Of a DNA stretch of 64,000 bases, positions 59,058 to 64,000 are shown one piece after another. The position numbers and the translations under genes are program-made. The notes under the pieces were generated by a model. It did no database searches and was not told the origin of the DNA. It saw only the letters and a list, made by a program, of their open reading frames with translations. The stretch's first letter is position 1; each line of letters opens with the position of its first letter. The DNA is from a virus. The stretch is taken from IMG/VR virus record IMGVR_UViG_3300008261_000125, positions 31,568 to 95,567 of that record. The stretch is one strand, 5' to 3'.

Positions 59058-59559
59058 AAGCTAATGAGCCTCCACCTCTTGTTCTAGTTAATTGTTCATC
59101 TTGTAAATCTTTATATACTCCTTTGTAAGATTGTCTTACAGCATCAAAGTCTTTTGCTATTCTAAGTAAAGCAGTAGCAGATCCATCTCTACCAAATGTT
59201 GGTTTAGTTGTACTCATTACTTCTGCCATATTATCTAGTGCAATTTTAATCCCATTATAAGCTCTTGATGTAGGAGTTTCATTTAACTCTTTACATTTTT
59301 GTAAAGCAATTAAAATCAATTCATCTTCAGAAAAGAAATTAGCATCTATATCTCTTAGGATTAATTCTTCTTTGTCATCTTCTGAAATATTAAAATACGG
59401 ATTCAAGTCTTCACTAGGGCATGTCATATAAAATAAATAAGAATAAATAGATGTATAATCATCTGGATAACTCTCCATTATATCTTTAAGAAACTTTAAA
59501 GTATAACAATGTTCAGTAGGAATTATCTTTCCATTTTGTAAATCAAATAGTCTTATCAT
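59047..59559 (-). CDS. Hypothetical helical protein upstream of the terminase (possible small subunit)
   Basis: 170 aa; function inferred from position only. Confidence 0.45.
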   Translation of the reverse strand: MIRLFDLQNGKIIPTEHCYTLKFLKDIMESYPDDYTSIYSYLFYMTCPSEDLNPYFNISEDDKEELILRDIDANFFSEDELILIALQKCKELNETPTSRAYNGIKIALDNMAEVMSTTKPTFGRDGSATALLRIAKDFDAVRQSYKGVYKDLQDEQLTRTRGGGSLAYDQ

Positions 59560-59728
59560 CTTTAATTTTTTTTATTTGTCCACAAAAAAGTTCATGTACT
59601 TGTTCTTTGTCATTAAGTTCTAAAAAAACATACCTAGCTGATACAAGACATTTACCATTTTTATCTTTTTCTAAACATATGTTAGGATTTGTCCAATAGT
59701 TTTGGTGTGTATATTCTTCGTTACTCAT
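59543..59728 (-). CDS. Hypothetical protein
   Basis: 61 aa; ATGA overlap with the upstream gene. Confidence 0.55.
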   Translation of the reverse strand: MSNEEYTHQNYWTNPNICLEKDKNGKCLVSARYVFLELNDKEQVHELFCGQIKKIKDDKTI

Positions 59729-59973
59729 TTTGTTTTTTCTATAAATAATTTGTGAAAATCATCATAAGGTATATCAATACAAATACTGATACCTGGATCT
59801 ATTATTATTAATGTATATGGTTCAGGTTCTCCATCATCATCTACAGATTCTCTGTAGTAAATTACACCATCTAAATCAAAAGAACATTTGGAAAAATGCA
59901 ATTGCTCAATTCCTAAATCTTCTTTCATTTTACTATTTTCTAACACTAAGTTAAATTGTACTATATTTTTCAT
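59725..59973 (-). CDS. Hypothetical protein
   Basis: Likely ATG at 59973 (MKNIVQF). Confidence 0.6.
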   Translation of the reverse strand: MKNIVQFNLVLENSKMKEDLGIEQLHFSKCSFDLDGVIYYRESVDDDGEPEPYTLIIIDPGISICIDIPYDDFHKLFIEKTK

Positions 59974-59974
59974 A

Positions 59975-60793
59975 TTATTTTTTATTTTCACTTAACCAAT
60001 TTAACATTGATAATACTTCTGATTTTAAATATGGTACCTCATAAGGAACCACTTCTTTTACTATTGGATCTCCATTTGTATCTTTTCTAGGAATAGGGTT
60101 TCCAAATTTATCTTCACCTTCCTTTTCAAATATAATATGATGCAATATTAGTTTACCTGCTTTGTATCTAGGATTATGTTTTAAAATAAAATACATGTAT
60201 GTACTTAATTGTAAAGCATAATGGTTATAGTTACAATCATCTAAATGTTCTAAAGGATGTAACATTTTTGTTGATTTACCTTCCCAGTTTACAAAACTTG
60301 TTTTCTTAATTTCTTTGTTTGTTTTGTAATCTACAATATCAACTGTATCTTTTATTACTTCTACTCTATCTGACTGACCACATACTCCTACTGATTTTAA
60401 ATATACAAAATGTTCAGGATAAATCCCTTCAGTAAGTTTCTGATTAGGAGCATGTTTTACTTTACCATCCCAAATAGGTTTGATAATAGGAATAGCTACA
60501 CCTTGTCTTTGTATAGTATCTATACTAAGTAAATCTGATTCTCTTTGATCATGATACCAAGACCCTGCAGTAATTGCTCTATCTGTTTCACTTGCCCAAT
60601 GAGCTTGAATTTCTTCAGGCTTCATACCAAACCATTTAGATTTAGGATTTTTTGCAGACTTGATAGATTGCTTAATAGGATCAAACTTTTGCTTAAACTG
60701 ACCAACAAATGTTGTAACACTTACCCAATCTATTTTATCATTTGGGTCTAAGCTTTCATATTTATGATTCTGTGCTTTGAATATTACTGCCAT
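59975..60793 (-). CDS. PD-(D/E)XK (RecB-like) exonuclease
   Basis: SVTT...GSWYH...CGQSD...IVDYKT...YALQLSTY. Confidence 0.85.
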   Translation of the reverse strand: MAVIFKAQNHKYESLDPNDKIDWVSVTTFVGQFKQKFDPIKQSIKSAKNPKSKWFGMKPEEIQAHWASETDRAITAGSWYHDQRESDLLSIDTIQRQGVAIPIIKPIWDGKVKHAPNQKLTEGIYPEHFVYLKSVGVCGQSDRVEVIKDTVDIVDYKTNKEIKKTSFVNWEGKSTKMLHPLEHLDDCNYNHYALQLSTYMYFILKHNPRYKAGKLILHHIIFEKEGEDKFGNPIPRKDTNGDPIVKEVVPYEVPYLKSEVLSMLNWLSENKK

Positions 60794-60803
60794 TGTTATT
60801 TAA

Positions 60804-61082
60804 TTAAAGTTTTACTTCTTTCCATTTAGCTCCATCTGGATGTGGACATTCTGATTCTAAAGAGCGAAGCTTTAGAGAAAGACTGCAACCACATTCCCCA
60901 CAACAAGGATGTGTACCAGATACTACACACTTTTCTCCTTTTACATCTAATAAAGGACATGTGTTACAAATCATTAATCTTTTATAATAAACTTTTTCAA
61001 CAGGATCTGTTTTAAATATCTTGTTGATCAGTCCCTTTAGAATCAAAGTTTTGTTTTTCCATATTGTTTTTACTTTGCTCAT
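60804..61082 (-). CDS. Small Cys-rich (zinc-binding) protein
   Basis: R..IC..CP...CGECGC.L..K......CP....W pattern. Confidence 0.65.
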   Translation of the reverse strand: MSKVKTIWKNKTLILKGLINKIFKTDPVEKVYYKRLMICNTCPLLDVKGEKCVVSGTHPCCGECGCSLSLKLRSLESECPHPDGAKWKEVKL

Positions 61083-61434
61083 TTCTTAGGTTTTTAATTT
61101 TATTAAATTTCTCAGTTGTTTCTAATGCTTGTTTCTTAATGTTTTCTAAAAGAGCAATTCTTTCTTCAAGTTTTTTCTTGATGTGAAACTTTTTAAATTC
61201 CCCATCTAACTTATTAACTGCTCTAGTATATTTGGTTACAATCTCATCAATCTTCCAGTGTTTAACTTTGAATGTCCCTAGATTAGCTACAGATATGTTC
61301 ATATATTCCATATTAACTATATCTTGTCTAATGTTTTTCCAATAGTAATTAACTACTGCAGCTACTAACTTATCTGATTGACCAGTTTTATTAGCTGTAA
61401 CCTTTATAAAATCTTTAGCTTTTTTGGGATTCAA
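61012..61434 (-). CDS. HU/IHF-like DNA-binding protein
   Basis: FIKVTANKTG...ISVANLGTFKVK resembles the HU/IHF signature. Confidence 0.6.
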   Translation of the reverse strand: MNPKKAKDFIKVTANKTGQSDKLVAAVVNYYWKNIRQDIVNMEYMNISVANLGTFKVKHWKIDEIVTKYTRAVNKLDGEFKKFHIKKKLEERIALLENIKKQALETTEKFNKIKNLRNEQSKNNMEKQNFDSKGTDQQDI

Positions 61435-61828
61435 TGTAAATAATTTTATAGTTTAACAAAATATTACCTTCAGTTTGAATCTGCAATTCACTATTAATTT
61501 CTACTGTTTTACTATGACCTGAACCTTTTTTAATAACAAGCTGATAGTTAGCCATTTTGGCTAGGCAGTTTCTAACTGTTTGTGGTGTTTTAAAAATAAG
61601 TCTGCTAAATGGTAATGTAGAATCCTTCTCTTTATTCTCAGGATCACAACAAGCATTACAAAAATTTGATAGCTCAGATTTTTTAACAAGAGCTAAGACT
61701 GTAAGACACTCAAGATCAGAGTCACTTATTGTTAACTTTTTAGTAAAACAATAAGTGATTATCTGATACTTGATAACCTCTTCCAAAGTCATAGCAACTT
61801 TCTTATCTACAAGGTTAACTTTAGCCAT
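61415..61828 (-). CDS. Putative winged-helix DNA-binding protein
   Basis: FKTPQTVRNCLAKMANYQLVIK looks like an HTH followed by a wing. Confidence 0.45.
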   Translation of the reverse strand: MAKVNLVDKKVAMTLEEVIKYQIITYCFTKKLTISDSDLECLTVLALVKKSELSNFCNACCDPENKEKDSTLPFSRLIFKTPQTVRNCLAKMANYQLVIKKGSGHSKTVEINSELQIQTEGNILLNYKIIYIESQKS

Positions 61829-61854
61829 GTTGGTTTATTTTAGCTAAGTTAATC

Positions 61855-62109
61855 TTAAGAATTTGCTTCTGCTTTTTGTTCAGCTTCTTGATTCTCTTGT
61901 TCTTCTTTTGGTCCCATTGTCAAATGAGTCCTTTTGATAATACAACTGATTTCTCTTAATGCTGACTCTTCAATATCAGCTTTAAGTTTTTGATACTCAG
62001 CTTGTAATTTTAAAATTTCAATTTGATTTTTGAAAAACTCAGTTGTTTGAATTCTTCTTTTCATTAACTCTTCTGGAGTAATTTGCTCTTGTTGGTTTTC
62101 TGTTGACAT
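61855..62109 (-). CDS. Hypothetical coiled-coil protein
   Basis: Likely ATG at 62109; the track's TTG start lies inside the promoter element. Confidence 0.6.
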   Translation of the reverse strand: MSTENQQEQITPEELMKRRIQTTEFFKNQIEILKLQAEYQKLKADIEESALREISCIIKRTHLTMGPKEEQENQEAEQKAEANS

Positions 62110-62121
62110 AATTGTTAGTTT

Positions 62122-62150
62122 AACTTTATACAAATTTAATGTATAAAGTT
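62122..62150 (-). promoter_or_regulatory. -7 element TAAATTTG (62131-62138) embedded in an 11-bp inverted repeat
   Basis: aactttataca-N7-tgtataaagtt. Confidence 0.55.
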
Positions 62151-62175
62151 TAAACTTACAATATTTATTTTAAAA

Positions 62176-62709
62176 TTATTTAAATTTAAAATAAGATGCT
62201 AACCCTCTTAAACCAAGGTAAATAGCTATTAAAAGAATTGTAATCCAGAACCACCAGAATGTAAAACCAGTAAATTTAGTTTGATGAGGTTCTGTACATG
62301 CAGATACTTGTGTAGTTACTGAAGTTGAACTGGTTGAGATATAATGTTCTAACCATTGAATTCTAGCTTTTAATGAATCTGTTTCACACTTAATAACTAA
62401 TGAATTTCCTACAGATTGAACTGTAGATTTTAAACCTCTGTTAGAAGTTGATTTATAAAACTTTTTTAATCTTCCTAAAGAATCACATAGTTCTGAACAA
62501 GGGTTCTCTAAATATATAGGTTCATTAACTATATAAGGAATACTAATTGTTGTATCTCTAAATACTATTGAATCTTTATATACATATGATATACTGTCTT
62601 TTGTAGTACAGTACTTTTCTAAGAATCTATTCTTTTGCTTTTTAGTTAATACACATTGTGTAAAAGTAATCAGTAAGAGGATAACCCAAAGTTTATTTAG
62701 CTTTTTCAT
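62176..62709 (-). CDS. Putative unimolecular spanin-like lipoprotein
   Basis: N-terminal signal ending LLLITFTQC plus C-terminal transmembrane helix FWWFWITILLIAIYLGL; lies in the lysis cassette. Confidence 0.55.
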   Translation of the reverse strand: MKKLNKLWVILLLITFTQCVLTKKQKNRFLEKYCTTKDSISYVYKDSIVFRDTTISIPYIVNEPIYLENPCSELCDSLGRLKKFYKSTSNRGLKSTVQSVGNSLVIKCETDSLKARIQWLEHYISTSSTSVTTQVSACTEPHQTKFTGFTFWWFWITILLIAIYLGLRGLASYFKFK

Positions 62710-62923
62710 CAGAAAAGAAATTAGTTAAAAACTTACCTAAAATACCTACTACTAATGTTACACCAATAGCTACTTTTAATTGTTCAGGAGAATATAATTC
62801 TTTTAATTTATCATACTCAATTAAACCTCCACCACCTACTAAAGCAGCACAAGCTAATAAAGCATCTCCAAGTTTTCTCCATTTAACAGGAGTAGGTTTA
62901 TAATAATGTTTTAATGATTTCAT
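62693..62923 (-). CDS. Holin-like membrane protein
   Basis: 76 aa with two hydrophobic helices; adjacent to the amidase. Confidence 0.55.
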   Translation of the reverse strand: MKSLKHYYKPTPVKWRKLGDALLACAALVGGGGLIEYDKLKELYSPEQLKVAIGVTLVVGILGKFLTNFFSDEKAK

Positions 62924-63613
62924 TTATAATGATTTTAATAATTCAATTAATTGAGGATGTGGATACATATCACTTTTATCTGACCTTACATTACTGTGAG
63001 ACCATACACCAGGCCAACCTTTTTGAGCAATTTGATTTACTTCAAAACAGTCATCATTTGTAATAATTTCTTTTAAGCCTTTTTTAAGATCAATTTTAGG
63101 ATGCTTTTCAGCAATTAATATCATTAACTCTTTTAAACTTTCTAATTGTTTTTGAGTATAAGCATGATAATATGTATATCCTCTAAATGGTTTGTTAAGT
63201 TTAATAACCATTTCTTTAGGTATCACACCTTTTACATAATTATAATATTGTCCATCTTTACCTAAGATTAATGGACCATAATTACATACTTCAATAGCAA
63301 CTGATTTTTTATTTAAAATAGAATTGTTAGGAAGAGTTGTACCTAAATGGTGAGCCCAGTATTTATCATCAAATGCATTTACTACTACACCATCCCAGCT
63401 ATTATCTTTAGGATCTCTAGTAGATAATCCACCTATTACATAAGCTGTTGCTACTTTTAGACTTAATCCTGTTTTAGTTTTATCATGTTCCCATGAACCT
63501 ACAGTCCAATCAGCTCTATGACTTCCTGCAGTATGATGAATATAGATTGTATCTTTTTCATAGATCTCACTATAATATTCATCTTTTTCTAATAGTATTT
63601 TTTTTATTTCCAT
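62924..63613 (-). CDS. N-acetylmuramoyl-L-alanine amidase (endolysin, Amidase_2-like)
   Basis: IYIHHTAG, WAHHLG, SVAIEVCNYG and HSNVRSDKSD motifs. Confidence 0.88.
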   Translation of the reverse strand: MEIKKILLEKDEYYSEIYEKDTIYIHHTAGSHRADWTVGSWEHDKTKTGLSLKVATAYVIGGLSTRDPKDNSWDGVVVNAFDDKYWAHHLGTTLPNNSILNKKSVAIEVCNYGPLILGKDGQYYNYVKGVIPKEMVIKLNKPFRGYTYYHAYTQKQLESLKELMILIAEKHPKIDLKKGLKEIITNDDCFEVNQIAQKGWPGVWSHSNVRSDKSDMYPHPQLIELLKSL

Positions 63614-63624
63614 TTTTAGTACAG

Positions 63625-63930
63625 TTAGTTAGTGTGTTTTCCCAATTGTGTTTGCACTAGCATTTGCACATTGGTAGTCAGCTTTCCCACTTGATCAGCT
63701 AAATTTCTAAGTTCAAGCTGGGTTGTTTGTTCTATTCTTTTTACATCACTAGTAAGCTGTTGCTCTACTAATTCAATTCTACCTTTGTTTTTACCACACT
63801 CTTCTACAGAAAATTTTACATCTGTATGTACAATCTTTAGGAAGTAACCAATAATACCAAATAGCAATAAAATAAAGCCACCAAGTAAACCGGCTACAAA
63901 ATATATTAAATCTATGTTTTCAGCAGTCAT
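63625..63930 (-). CDS. Single-pass membrane protein with coiled coil (holin/antiholin candidate)
   Basis: N-terminal transmembrane helix; directly upstream of the amidase. Confidence 0.5.
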   Translation of the reverse strand: MTAENIDLIYFVAGLLGGFILLLFGIIGYFLKIVHTDVKFSVEECGKNKGRIELVEQQLTSDVKRIEQTTQLELRNLADQVGKLTTNVQMLVQTQLGKHTN

Positions 63931-64000
63931 AATTGTATAAATAAATAATACTGTTAAAATACAAATAATATAAATTTTATAAAAGTTTTTTATTAATTAT

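Noticed and set aside
1083-61754. Short plus-strand ORFs and short out-of-frame minus-strand ORFs in the track
   Set aside because: All overlap longer or better-supported minus-strand genes and have no recognisable motifs; most likely shadow ORFs.
1-64000. Stop-codon reassignment (TAG or TGA recoding), known in some Crassvirales
   Set aside because: Genes are full length and tightly packed in the standard code, and TGA serves as a stop in overlaps (e.g. 59047, 59725).
1-64000. CRISPR array
   Set aside because: No regularly spaced repeat-spacer structure found; the repeats seen are coding duplications.

Overview
AT-rich 64 kb segment of a crAss-like (Crassvirales-type) bacteriophage genome, with every credible gene on the minus strand and readable in the standard code. 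In transcription order (right to left) it holds: a lysis cassette (membrane protein, amidase, holin-like protein, u-spanin-like lipoprotein); small genes including an HU/IHF-like protein and a PD-(D/E)XK nuclease; terminase large subunit; portal; acidic scaffold-like protein; major capsid protein; a cluster of tiny basic proteins; an EndoVII-type endonuclease; a Dps-like protein; Cys-rich structural and fibre genes; IHF-like, tail ring and muzzle/stabilisation genes; and the large virion cargo genes. These end in a >3200-aa virion RNA polymerase ORF (start 9625) that runs off the left edge and is absent from the ORF track. TAnnTTTG promoter elements point to a Bacteroidota host. Most notable observations: (1) the RNA polymerase has no DFDxD catalytic motif where it is expected; (2) a recurring Phi-x-x-G-G motif separates modules (zincin, beta-strand, duplicated L,D-transpeptidase) in cargo proteins, suggesting polyprotein processing or a packaging tag; (3) tandem cassettes bracketed by KKADIE...YDAEL; (4) an endonuclease sharing a synonymously recoded 5' end with the gene it precedes; (5) an in-frame TAA junction followed by coding-like sequence with no ATG. 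All family assignments come from motif recognition and gene order, not database searches.
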